Source: Takakia lepidozioides
Taxonomy: Eukaryota; Plantae; Bryophyta
Assembly: GCA_030704615.1 (NCBI GenBank)
Contig: CM060732.1
Span: forward strand, 31,062,001 to 31,126,000
Direction of reading: 5' to 3'
Length of the DNA: 64,000 bases
Shown here: positions 11,257 through 23,000 of the stretch, one piece after another
Position numbering within the stretch: the first letter of the stretch is position 1
How the letters are laid out: each line of letters opens with the position of its first letter
Position numbers and translations under genes: made by a program
Notes under the pieces: generated by a model
Database searches by the model: none
The model's input: the letters and a program-made list of their open reading frames with translations, nothing else
What the model was told of the DNA's origin: nothing

Positions 11257-14200
11257 ATGGAATCCCTCAGCCCCTCTCGGTTCAAGACAGTCTGTGTGTT
11301 TTGTGGCAGTAGCATTGGCAAGAAGAGCATTTTCGGCAGCGTTGCGTTGGAACTCGGCCTGGATCTGGTCAGTTCTGGATCTCTTTTGGGATGGGATGGG
11401 GTGGGATGTGATTATTTTTGGGTTTTGGTGACGGAGGTGAATCTTCGGAAATCATAAGTTTGGTATTCTTCAAAGGCTGGAAAACCCGAGGGAAAACCAC
11501 GAGTCTAAAAAGTGCAGTGAAGTTTCCCATTCCTGCATGATCTAGTGTCTGCGTACGCATGCCATTGCTGTTCTTGAAATTACAGCATTCATTGCAATCT
11601 ACAAGGCTTGCGCGGTCGATTGTCAAGCAGTGGTTGGAGTCGTAAACATCTTATGCCGGCCGGGAATTGATTTGAGGCTAAATGACAGCAATAATTTTGC
11701 TTCTGTCAGGTTGTGCTCCACAAGGGATTCAGGATCAAACGTTCCACTAGTATAGGTTAAAGATTGTGCAATCTAACAGTAAATTGGGTGGAATCAGACT
11801 GTGTTGTCCCGTGTAAATTGGTAGCAATATATCTGGAGGGTGCATGTGACTTTAACGTCGCGTACTTGTGAGGCTGGTTCGAATGTGCTGCATGCATGTG
11901 TTTACTTCTCCTTCGATTTGTGGAGCTCATACATAAATATGACATTTGAACAGTGTTTTTCCTCACCCCTCTTCCTGACATTGTGAAGATTCAACATCTC
12001 TCAGGGGCTTTCGCTATGAAAGCTTACGGTTCAGAGTCGATCTTTGGCCTATGTGGTCCATTCAGTTGGCAGCACCGTGGCCACCTGCTCGCCTGCAGGC
12101 TAATCAGGCTTCTACTATGGACTTGTATGTGCGATTCTAGAATCCCATGTGATTTTAGTGCATAGTGTGCGAGGATTTGGGGACTCAAATAAGTGGCGGG
12201 GTCTGGCTCATTCCGCGGATTCGGACGTGGCAGTTGATGTCATGTAGTGGACCATACCCGGGGCCATCTTTTCCCTTGTTTTGACTGCTTCACTTATTGC
12301 TGGAGGAGTAGGAAAGTCTGTCGACCGATGGCTAGTGCTTATATTACAACAGTGCGAAAAGGAACGTTCCCATTTGTGGAATCTTCCACCAGAATGGCCA
12401 GTCCTGCACGTTAGAATGCAGATCCAATGTGCTAGGATAGGAACAGTCTCAGCTGCTTTGTTTGCCACAACAACTATGATTTCAACTTTGTGAAGAGTTC
12501 ATCCAGGGCCGTTTTAATGTGGGAACAGCTGAAACGAAAGATTGATCTCGTTTACGGAGGGGGCAGTGTGGGGCTCATGGGCCAAGTCGCACGAACTGTG
12601 CACGCAGGTGGTGGTCATGTTACAGGGTACATGCTCTCTCTGCACTACCTATGCATATTCTTCTGACCTCTCCGTCGGTTTTGATTACTCAGAGTGTGCG
12701 TCTCACTGGGTCTTCTGTCAAAATCGTAGTCTAACCTGCATATTAACTGAGGGGTTTGCTTAAGGTTTGCATACGCCTGTGTTCTTGGTACGCACGGCGA
12801 TGCTCTTGAGTGTGGTGAGCTCTTATATTAGACCGCATGACTAAATTTTCTAGAAAGATCAGTAACAATTGGGCTCTTGCTTGCAATGAGTTTGTTTCAT
12901 TGTGTGTTCCAGCCGTGGAGATACGACGGACATGTGTTTTGATCACCTACTGACGGGGTAGACTGTATGATCCTTTTTCCAAGTGTGACATGGGACGTGG
13001 TTGTGGCTTGGTTGGATGGATTGCAGCGTGATTCCCAAGGCGCTCATGCCACAAGAGGTACGTTTTGAACAACAACATTTGTTGTTCTCAGACCAACACG
13101 TTCCCTGGCATTTTCTAAGTAACTGCACTCGCGTACGTATTCCTCTTTATGGTGGTGTCTCCTGTAGGGTCATATGAATTCGTTGGAGAAGTTTAGAGCA
13201 ATCCGAGAAAGTTTGACTCTGTATCCTAATCACCGGGTTGTCCAAGCAAGGTCGTGGAGGTGCTTACGGGTGCTTACAAGAGGAATTCTGACTTCAGCGC
13301 ATGGATAATCTCTTCAGCATGAGGAGCCATTATAAGGAGATGGCCAAGTGATTTGCTTCTTGTTTAGGTTAGCAGGGACTTGAAAAAGTGATTCTTAATT
13401 TATTTACAACTCGTGCATATGAACTTCAGATTTCTGGTCAGACAGTGGGAGATTTGGTTGCGGTGGCTGACATGCATCAACGGAAGGCTGAAATGGCTCG
13501 CCAAGCTGATGCTTTCATTGCACTCCCAGGTGTGCCCACATTCCGGTGCTTCATTTGGACTTCCGGCTTTGTGTTCGTAATGGTGTGCAGTAGGACTAGT
13601 CCTAAGATCGGTCGAAGGATCCATTATATATATGTATATATATATTCCTGAAGACTAATTTATCAGCAAGCAAGAAGTTTGCTTCAATTTGGCTTCGTTG
13701 ACGTTGGTTTGTATATACTGCAGGAGGATATGGCACACTGGAGGAGCTACTGGAGATGATAACCTGGTCACAGCTTGGTATCCATAACAAGCCGGTATGC
13801 TGTTTGCTCAAGCAGATTATGGAAACTTTTGAAGGTTTGAACCTGTGGCGGCATTTATACTGAGACCTATAAGTCACTGAATGATCTGCATTATGCACAA
13901 TTGATGGACAGTTTTGAAGATACTGAAAATACATGGATGCTTGGAGTTCACATCCACCTCACATGCTTAACTAAGCCGAATTCATGTTAGTTTCCACCGA
14001 CAAAACTCCATAACGGACCTCTCACGTTCGGAGGTATTTAAGCCGACCAGCTTAAAAGTCTGCAGTGCATTTTCCGTTCTCAGTGTTCAACTAAACGAGG
14101 TAGTAAGTACATACATATGTTTACATAATAATATTTTGAGCACTGTTTTTCCTGGTCCTCCATGGAACAGTTCATGACAGTACCGTTCTGACTGCACAGG

Positions 14201-14968
14201 TTGGGCTGCTGAATGTGGATGGTTACTACAACTCACTTTTAGCCTTGTTTGACAAGGCTCTCGAAGAAGGCTTTCTCAAATTATCAGCCCGCAATATTGT
14301 TGTCTCAGCACCCACTGCCAGTGAACTCCTTGACAAGATGGAGGTGAGTATCCGTCGGTTTTATGTATCTCGGATTTTGCCTACATCTGCTTGCAGCATG
14401 GGATTTAATGCTCCATTTTTCCATGAACTCATAACGAACATGAGTGTGACGTTCTTGAGACTGCCAGTGTAACAGTTGAGATGTAAATGGCATGCTGTGC
14501 ACAATAGTGAGACAATAGTTCCACTCTGTAGCGAGGTATGTTTTTTGGTCGACACAACGAAGTGCTGATCGTATGTAGACCTGCTCAGCTCAATCTGTCC
14601 TAGCCGGTTCCGTAGGTGTCCAGACTCACCGTCAATTTTAACTGCCAGCTTGCCCACTAAGTGCGAGCCGGACAATAGATCTCTGTCGCAGTTCCTCAAG
14701 AAACAAATCATATTAGTTACTGATTTTGTCTATGTACAGTGCGTGTCAATCAGATCTGAGTTTTGAACTATTCTCATCACTACATTTCCTCTCCGCAGCA
14801 GTCCATGACTTGAGCACTTGAAGTGTGGATCTCACTGTTATGTGTGGGGCGTGTCTGCAGGCGTATGCGCCAGTACAAGATAGAGCAACCCCAGCGCTGT
14901 GCTGGGAAATTGAGAGGTTGGGCTACACTGCTCCAATTGTGACCACCCTCAAACAGCGATCTTTGTGA
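11257..14968 (+). CDS. LOG: LONELY GUY cytokinin riboside 5'-monophosphate phosphoribohydrolase, 7 exons
   Basis: Exons ~11257-11367 ([12 protein letters not shown]), 12529-12626 ([13 protein letters not shown]), 13027-13057 ([10 protein letters not shown]), 13430-13529 ([19 protein letters not shown]), 13724-13794 ([11 protein letters not shown], the PGGxGTxxE motif), 14200-14343 and 14861-14968. All introns are GT-AG. Confidence 0.95.
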
Positions 14969-16030
14969 TCAACGGTGCTTCCTGTTGACCAGATACTAGA
15001 TTCTATTTTACTCTTCGATCATGCCAGTGGGTTGGATGGCGGCCTTCAATCTGTTCTTCAGGAGAAATTTTCAAGAGCCTTCGATGATCCACATTGCCAT
15101 CGTGGCCATCACAATATATGTAGTCAAAAGTTCGTTCCTGAGCTGCACTGGACATCACTTTCCACATACCCTATGCGCGTGGACTCCTTAGATGTTAATT
15201 AGAGTGCACGACAAATAGATCATAGGACCTGGGAAAAGGATCGCCATGTGTATGTATGTACATTGCTGCTTGTATTATAACTCGTATCCTCATCTACAGT
15301 TACTCAGAAGTATCACAGAGTAAGGCACTTGAATTGGTGTAGGCTGTTGCTTCAGGCGCCCAGGCCAAGACTCAAGAACATGAACATCTTCGGACAAGGT
15401 CAGTTAAGAGCATTGCCACCTGGACTACCAGTAAAGCACTCTGAGTCCTCTTGGAACACAATTAATGCCGGCTTTAATATTCCTAAGTCAGGTGAAGTCA
15501 GAAGAATGTGATCGCGCTTACCTCACTTTCCAAACTTTGCCCTGAACACTCCCGACTCCCGAGCATTGCCACAGCGAGATTGGCTTCATTCGCCGGTCCA
15601 TACTCCATTGCATAGAGGAAAGGTTTGTAGCGTAAATCAGGTAGCTCAATCCCCATGCCGCTGTCCCTCCCCGCTTCTCTATGTCTTCGTCTCAGGGTCT
15701 TTCTCACATATGTGGGTTCCTGTGTGATCGATCTGCCCTGTGTGGTATCAGTCGTCCCAAGGACGTGGTTGAATATGCAACGCAGCATCTATGTAGGAGG
15801 TGCAATACGCCACGGGGATAACCTACCGCCGTCCAATCTAATGAAGTGGTGCGTTGAAGGAGGAACCGTAACTTAATTTGGATCCCGGAAAAATGGCTCA
15901 GCTCCTATTCTCTTCCTCGCACTGAGTAGACACGAATACAGGCCTAGGATACTGTGTGTGTGTGTCACTCTCTCGGATGATCACCCGCAGTCCACACACT
16001 GGTCCCCCTCCTTGCTCTCTCGCGCCTCTA

Positions 16031-16337
16031 TCAAATCCTCCCCACTCTTACCCGGAGTCACTATTATTGGAGATTGGCACGAAGCAAGGAATGGTCCCAT
16101 GGTAGGAAGGCGTTGGCCATAGCGGCCAGACAAATAACACTGGATATAGTGTCACCTTGGTATAACCCCCTCTGATGTTATTCTAAGTTACTCCTCCCTC
16201 AAATATCATTTTGTCTATGCTTGCCATTTTTCTTTGCACAGTCTTATAACTTCGGCGTCTCCCCATTTGTCACATGGGTGTCTCCCCTATGTCATACCAA
16301 TCTGTGCCATAGTAGAGAAAAGGTGGGGAGGATTTGA
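16031..16337. mobile_element. TA-flanked MITE (Tc1/mariner-type geometry)
   Basis: 15-bp perfect TIR TCAAATCCTCCCCAC (16031) / GTGGGGAGGATTTGA (16323-16337), with TA on both sides. Confidence 0.6.
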
Positions 16338-16444
16338 TAATACAAAATCCAACGGACGTGGCATGTCGGTGCTATTAGAGGTCGCGCACTTGCATAACGG
16401 GTATCAGTAAAGGGATACGAAGCTGCCATTGGGAGCGCTGTTAA

Positions 16445-17199
16445 CCCTTAAAGGACCGAGCTATTTTTTGGTAGGCCCACCAAAAAAAGGGTGCATACCC
16501 TTATGGAGGAGGTTGTAACTTCTTACCCCCCATCATCCAGGGGTATGAACCTTATACTTATCTGCATATCTACTAGATCCATGTCCTGTCAAAAATACCC
16601 CAATTTGTGAATATATTCAAAAATTGCATGGAAAAAACTGTTTGACCACAAAATTGAAGTATCTAGTTGAATCTTTCCAGACAAAGACCCTCCATAATCT
16701 GATTATATGGCACCTAAACTACCGCCTCCCCAAAAAATCAGACCAAAATTCCAAAAAATTCAGATAGGCTGCTTTGTATGTGAAATCTGGGGGGTAAATT
16801 ATTTTGTTTTGGCTTCTTTCCCGAGTACACCCATGATTGACATTTGTTTTCCAATTCCTCTGGTAACTAACTGCACAGTAACATTTCATGGTGCCTTGTC
16901 CAAATTTTTTGGCATTATGATAACTTTTCAGCCCTAGATGTTATCTTGAAGATTGCCCATTTGGCTGCCACGTATGCAGGTCAATGGTGCTCTAACACCG
17001 GATTTCCTGAAACCCTAGCACTTTGCAAAATTCTAGGGAGCAGAGCTTTTATGATTTTTAGGCGCTGTAGATTCCCACATGTGCTCCTCTCTAACATCTA
17101 CAATTAATCTTTAAAGGTTCACTTCCATCCACTATCATCCATGTGGAGCGTGGCAAGTGATCTGACGCGACCGATTCGGGTCGCGTTGTCCTTTAGGGG
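16445..17199. mobile_element. piggyBac-like MITE (TTAA TSD, CCC...GGG ends)
   Basis: TTAA-CCCTTAAAGGAC at 16441 and GTCCTTTAGGGG-TTAA at 17188-17203 (12-bp TIR, one mismatch). Subterminal hairpin ACGCGACC..GGTCGCGT at ~17166-17186. Confidence 0.65.
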
Positions 17200-18868
17200 T
17201 TAATGAAAATAATCTGCGACTGTGAGCGGGCTACGGAGTGGCAGATTATTTCCATGACAGCACGACCTAGGGTGACTACCCACGATGAATTGGGGGGAGA
17301 GTTGAAGGTCAGGCAACCCCACACTGTGGGAAGAGCCAATCAGTGGGGCCGACGGGAGGCTTGGAGAGGAGGGAAATGGCTCCATAGGCTGCACACACCT
17401 GTACGCATAGAAGTAGGGGTTACGGGGTCGATGGGAGGTAGACACGGGTTTTTTATATAGAGGATGGGATGGGGCCCACCTTCCAGAAGCAGCGGTGGGC
17501 CCCCTTCTAGAAGGCTCCACCACCGCCTCCAAAGACTATATAAGGAGGGTAAGGGTTCCATTTTGAAAGCCCTGACCTAATTTTCCCTTTGTGTTTGTAG
17601 GGCACCTCCCCAGGCAGAAAACCCGCATTTCAGGGGGATTTCGGGCTGCCACCCTAGCCCCAGGGCATTCACACTCTGTTTGAAGGCTGCCCTCCACGAG
17701 GCTGGTCAGCCCGAATACAGAGTGAATGCCCGAGGGCCACCCCCTTACCCACGGCCTCCCGACCGCCACCCACAAAGCGCACCACTTTAAATACCCAATG
17801 GAGTCCTTAAGTAGGGCAACCGATATGTACTTAGGTAGCGCACTGGAGCGCGGCCGACACGGGCCTTAGCAGGAGCTGTGTGTGGCGAGACGCGGGAGCG
17901 TCCAGCCAGTCACAGCGACCTGCTACGGCCCGTAGAGGTCGCGCTCCAACACATAATGTCACTGTCGCTAGGGATGGAGCAGGTCATAAAGTGACCTGTT
18001 GAGTAGGTCTTTCAGCCCTGTCACATCATAAAGGACACACGAAGGACACAAACTACGAGATGAAAAGAAGAATGCATGCTACAGGAAATAGCAGGCCTCC
18101 TCGTACGCAATCGAAACCTGCCACGTCAGCGTGATGCGCACGGCAGTGCATTACGGGATAATAGGAACGCTGAAAGAAAAAAATCGCGGTCACGGGCTTT
18201 ACATAGCGGGAGTCTCCACCCCTCGGTATATCTTGGTATTCGGGTCGTACGCCCTCGGGCTACGAACCCTCACACTGCGGAAGACCCTTGTAGCGGGGAC
18301 TCCCCCTATACGTAATTTGCTATTGGGAGAGTTCCCCGTGTTCCCCCTAACTTCCCATGTTCCCCAACTTCCACAAGTTGAATTCTATCCGGTGCGCATT
18401 TGGCGAGAATAACGGGTGGCAGGGCTAGAAAAATGGCTCTACTGGCACGTTTTAACTGGTCCACGTCTGCAAAAATTAGGCTCCTAATTTCAAGTATGGG
18501 TGCTTTTTGGCGAAATTTTTGGATTTTACCCCCTGTAATTCCCTTTGTGCAAGTAGCTAATCCATTTTCCAGGTCGAAATCTGGCCAGAAAAGAAACACT
18601 TCGCAAGGCTCTAGTAAAAAATGAGCTGCTACCCCACTAAAGGAAACTCAAGGCATTTTTTTTTCCCATTTTCGCCAAAACCTGAGAAAGAATGACGAGC
18701 CTGTCGCAGCCTGTTCTCCACTAGGCAGACATGTGGCGCCATCCAGTGGCTGCCCTGGACAGGCCAGAGATTGAGGAGGATTGGGGTGCGACGTACTAGA
18801 GAACGGACCATGTTTGGCCGATTCTGCCCTGTAAGCGACCTTTGGGCGAGCCTGTTCACTGGCGTTAA

Positions 18869-19141
18869 AAGCAGGTGTGGCGGATTCTCACTGCTATGTG
18901 GTGCAATATGATTGAGGTTCGATTATCACATATCGATTGCCCAGATTCAGAGTCCCGGAGAGGATATAAACAGGGCGAGCCTCAGGGGAAGGCGGGTGGG
19001 TTGATGGCTGATGACACGGGCCTCGGTGGTAGGTCTGCCGTCCTCCGTGTGTAATCGGCCATCCCTGCCGATTCTGCCCTGGGTGGCTGATTCGGCCTGA
19101 GAATTAGGCCGAAAAAGTGGCAGAATCCGCCACACCTGCTT
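18869..19141. mobile_element. TTAA-flanked MITE with 20-bp TIR (Kolobok-like geometry)
   Basis: TTAA-AAGCAGGTGTGGCGGATTCT ... AGAATCCGCCACACCTGCTT-TTAA, a perfect inverted repeat. Confidence 0.65.
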
Positions 19142-19451
19142 TTAACTTACTAACAGTGAGTAGCCAGACCCTCGCTATGGTGGAGGAGCCCGCCACTTCC
19201 ACCTGCAAGGAGTTAGGTTTCGCCAGCATACATCTTGAGCCTTGCATTAGCCAGCAAGGAATGAACGCAGGGCCTTGCATTAGCCAGCAAAGAATGAACG
19301 CAGGGCCTGGCATCATTCGTTCATTGTTTGCAGGCATCATTAGGGTGAACCATTGTTTGGCTGTACATTAGGCATCACCCTAATGTCTGCCTGTACAGCC
19401 TACTGAAAGATAGAAGGATGCTAGACCACTTCTAGACTTGAGTGGAAGAAC

Positions 19452-19454
<3 letters not shown>

Positions 19455-19489
<35 letters not shown>

Positions 19490-19526
19490 GGTGGGTAAAT
19501 TAATATTTTTAAATTAATAAAGTTTT
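19455..19526 (-). mobile_element. Very short retro-insertion (poly-A tail plus ~40 bp) with target-site duplication
   Basis: Poly-T run of more than 30 nt, flanked by the direct repeat AGAACGAGTT at 19447 and 19527. Confidence 0.65.
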
Positions 19527-20033
19527 AGAACGAGTTGCATATAGCAATAAAAGATTTAATAGTTTATCTTTATATTTAAATCAGTTTTTTAGTTATTTTT
19601 AGTATTCATCTTTTTAGTCATAATCTAAATTAGAATCATTAAAAGTTATATTACTGTACGAATTAAATCAACTCATATTTACTATTAAAAATAATAAAAA
19701 TAATATTCAAAATTTAACTTTTATACAACCACTCACTTGTAACTACACAATGTTCTTAAACATGTAACAATGAAGTATATTATATAAATATATATATTCA
19801 AAAATCTATCACACAACATTCAGTCTCACTTTTATTTTCTAAATATCTGAAGATCAGACATGTAACAATCCGATTCTAAGTATATCTATTTTTTCTTTCT
19901 ACTGTAATTAATTAAGAGAGTTGGACTATAGGCAACATTGTCAAAAACTGTGAAAGAGGCTAAGCGAGATCATGTGAGACTTGAAAACTCTAAAAGCAAA
20001 GAATATTTTCTGAGGGAAATAGAAAAAATATAA

Positions 20034-21911
20034 ACTACTATAATAAATGTATCAACTTTGGTTATTATATTTATGAATCACATATACTATTTATTGGTAT
20101 GTACCGACAAAATTGGTAGGTTGTCATCATTTATTATAATTAAAACAAAACTTTATTTTTGATAAACGTTTATACATCCATTTGTAATGCACCGACATCC
20201 TTTTTTGAAATAAACCTTTACATGTTAGTACCTATGTTAGAAATAGAAAAATAATAAGATATGTATTATTATTTATAACTGCCCTTAGGACTCCTTAGGA
20301 CTGCCCTAAGGAGTCCTAAGAGGGGGGAAAATGGAAATATATAAATTATTATTTATAATTATCTTTAAGACACCTAAGAAGAGGGAAAATGCAAATATAT
20401 ACATGATTATTTATAATTACCCTTAGGACTTCTTAGGACGGTCCTAAGGAGTCCTAAGAGGGGAAAAATGAAAATATATAGATTATTATCTATAATTACT
20501 TTTAAGACACCTAAGAGGAGGAAAAATGAAAATATATACATGATTATTTATAATTACCCTTAGGACTTCTTAGGACGGTCCTAAGGAGTCCTAAGAGGGG
20601 AAAAATGGAAATATATAAATTATTATTTATAATTACTTTTAAGACACCTAGAGGAGGAAAAATGCAAATATATACATGATTATTTATAATTACCCTTAGG
20701 ACTTCTTAAGACAATCCTAAGGAGTCCTAAGAGGAAAAAACTGGAAAGATATAATTATTTGCCCTTAAGACCCGTTTAGACAGCCTAAGGGGTTATAAGA
20801 AGGGGAGAATGGAAACATATAAATTATTATCTATAATTACCATTAGTAAGAAGGAAATAATTGAAAGATGTAAATTATTATTTATAATTGCCCTTAAGAC
20901 TCCTTAGGGCGGCCCTAAGCAGTCCTAAGAGGGAAAAATGGAAATATATAAGTTATAAGAAAATAAAAACATATATATTATTATTTATAATTACCCTTAG
21001 GACTTTAGGATAGTCTAAGGAGTCCTAAGAGGAGAAAAATGGAAAGACATAAATAATTGCCCTTAAGATCCATTTCGGCAACCTAAGGAGTTATAAGAGG
21101 AGGAAAATGGAAATATATAATTATTATCTATAATTGCCCTTAGGACTCCTTAGGACTGCCCTAAAGAGTCATAAGAGGGGGAAACGGAAATATATAAATT
21201 ATTATTTATAATTACCCTTAGGACTCCTTAGGGCAGTCCTAAGGAGTCCTAAAAGAGGGGAAAATAAAAACATATAAATTATGATTTATAATTACCCTTA
21301 GGACTTCTTAGGACAGTCCTAAGGAGTCCTAAGAGGAGAAAAATGGAAAGACATAAATAATTGCCTTAAGACCCGTTTCGGCAACCTAAGGGGTTATAAG
21401 AGGAGGAAAATAGAAACATATAAATTATTATCTATAATTGCCTTTAGGACTCCTTAGGGCCGCCCTAAAGAGTCCTAAGAAGGGGAAAATTGAAAGATGT
21501 AAATTATTATTTATAATTTCCCTTAGGACTCCTTAGGGCGCCCCAGAGTCCTAAGAGTGGGAAAATAAAATGATATAAATTATTATTTATATTAGCCTCT
21601 CAAGATGAGTGAAAATGAAAAGATGTATTTTGTTTTTTATAATTGCCCTTAGGACTCCTTAGGGATTAGGGCGGCCCTAAGGAGTCCTAAGGGAAATAAA
21701 AATAAACAAAGTACTATAATAAATGTATCAACTTTGATCATTATATTTAAAAATCATATGTACTATTTATTGGTATGTACCGACAAAATTTGTAGGTGAC
21801 ACCATTTATTACAATTAAAACAAGATTTTGTCCTCGATAAACGTTCATATAGCTATTTGTAATGTACCGACATCTATTTTTAAATAAACCTTCATGAGAG
21901 TTAGTACCTAT
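20034..21911 (+). repeat. ~200-bp diverged direct repeats bracketing the minisatellite
   Basis: ~20034-20235 and ~21711-21911 share ACTATAATAAATGTATCAACTTTG...GGTATGTACCGACAAAATT...GATAAACGTT...GTTAGTACCTAT. Confidence 0.8.
20265..21700. repeat. Degenerate minisatellite of ~60-80 bp units with an internal inverted repeat
   Basis: Recurrent unit ATAATT(G/A)CCCTTAGGACTCCTTAGG-n5-CCTAAGGAGTCCTAAGAGGGGAAAATGGAAATATATAAATTATTATTT. Long units alternate with short hairpin-less units in the left part. Confidence 0.9.
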
Positions 21912-22069
21912 TTAAAAAATGTGTGGGATAAGGTTAATAAATAACAACTTTTCATTCTGTTTCATCAAATTATTTTTATTTTCATTCATTCGTTTTAGAC
22001 TGTACCTCATTTTTTTCCCTATAAGTATAGAAAACGAGGATTATTTTCTTCTCTTTCTACCTCAAGTTG

Positions 22070-23000
22070 TTTGCAGACAATAGAACTGTTTCTTAGTTTT
22101 GCTCTTTTACCTTTGTTTCTCTGTTTCTTCTTTGTTTCTGTTGTTTGTTTATGTTTCTCTGTTCTTTCGATTATTTGACAATGTTTTTTAGTTTTTCTCA
22201 GTAGTTTCATTTGTCTTTGTTCCTCAGTTTTGGTAATCTGTTTATGTTTCTTTGAAACCTCTATAGAACGAGGATCATTTCCCTCACTTTCTTCTGCAAG
22301 CATGCTTTTTGTATAGAATAGAATTATTCTGCTCCTTTTGTTTCGTTTGTGTTTTTCTTCTTTGTTTCTGTTGTTTGTTTATGTTTCTTTGTTCTTTAGA
22401 ACTATCTCTTAGTTCTTCTCAGTAGCATTCATTTGTTTTTTCCTTTCATTTTTTGTTCTTTGTTTATGTTTTTTTTTATCTCTGTTCTTTGTATTTCTGT
22501 GTGAGTTGTTCAATGGAATATAACTTTCTATTCGTTATCTTTCTTTCGTTTTGTTTTCTTTCCTCTTTGTTTGTGTTTCTTCTTTGCTTTTGTTGTTACT
22601 TTGTTCTTTCGGTTCTGTGGCAAAATGAACTGTCCCCTAGTTCTAATTCCGAGTAGCCTTCATTTGTTTTTTTCCTTCGCTTTTTGTTCTTTGTTTATGT
22701 TTTTTTCCGATCTCTATTTTTTGTATTTCTGTGTGAGTTGTACAACAAAATAGAACTTTCCGTTTTCTCTTTCGTTTTATTTCTTTCCTCTTCGTTTGTC
22801 TTTCTTCTTTGCTTTTATTGTTTTTTTATGTTGCTTTGTTCTTTCGGTTATGTGGCAAAATAGAATTATCTCCTAATTCTTATGAATAGCCTTCATTTGT
22901 TTTCTTTATTCACTTTCTGTCTTTGTTTATATTTCTTTTTTATCTCTGTTCTTTGTATTTCTGTGTGAGTTGCTCAACGGAATAGAACTTTCCCTTCTTT
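22070..23000. repeat. T/C-rich degenerate tandem repeat (~240-bp higher-order unit)
   Basis: Repeated blocks such as TGTATTTCTGTGTGAGTTG..CAA..AATAGAACTTTC (~22490, ~22720, ~22950) and TTTCTTCTTTGTTTCTGTTGTTTGTTTATGTTTC (~22120, ~22350). Confidence 0.8.

Noticed and set aside
15507-18025. Solo LTR (TGTGA...TCACA, minus-strand TATA at ~17455) hosting the MITEs
   Set aside because: Plausible, but the 5-bp flanks differ (AAGAA versus TCATA) and no PBS or PPT is visible.
20265-21700. CRISPR array (palindromic repeats at regular spacing)
   Set aside because: The spacers are homologous AT-rich copies of one another, the repeats are degenerate, there are no cas genes, and the context is eukaryotic.
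22019-22753. K/E-rich and F-rich ORFs
   Set aside because: Artefacts of the strand-biased T/C-rich tandem repeat.
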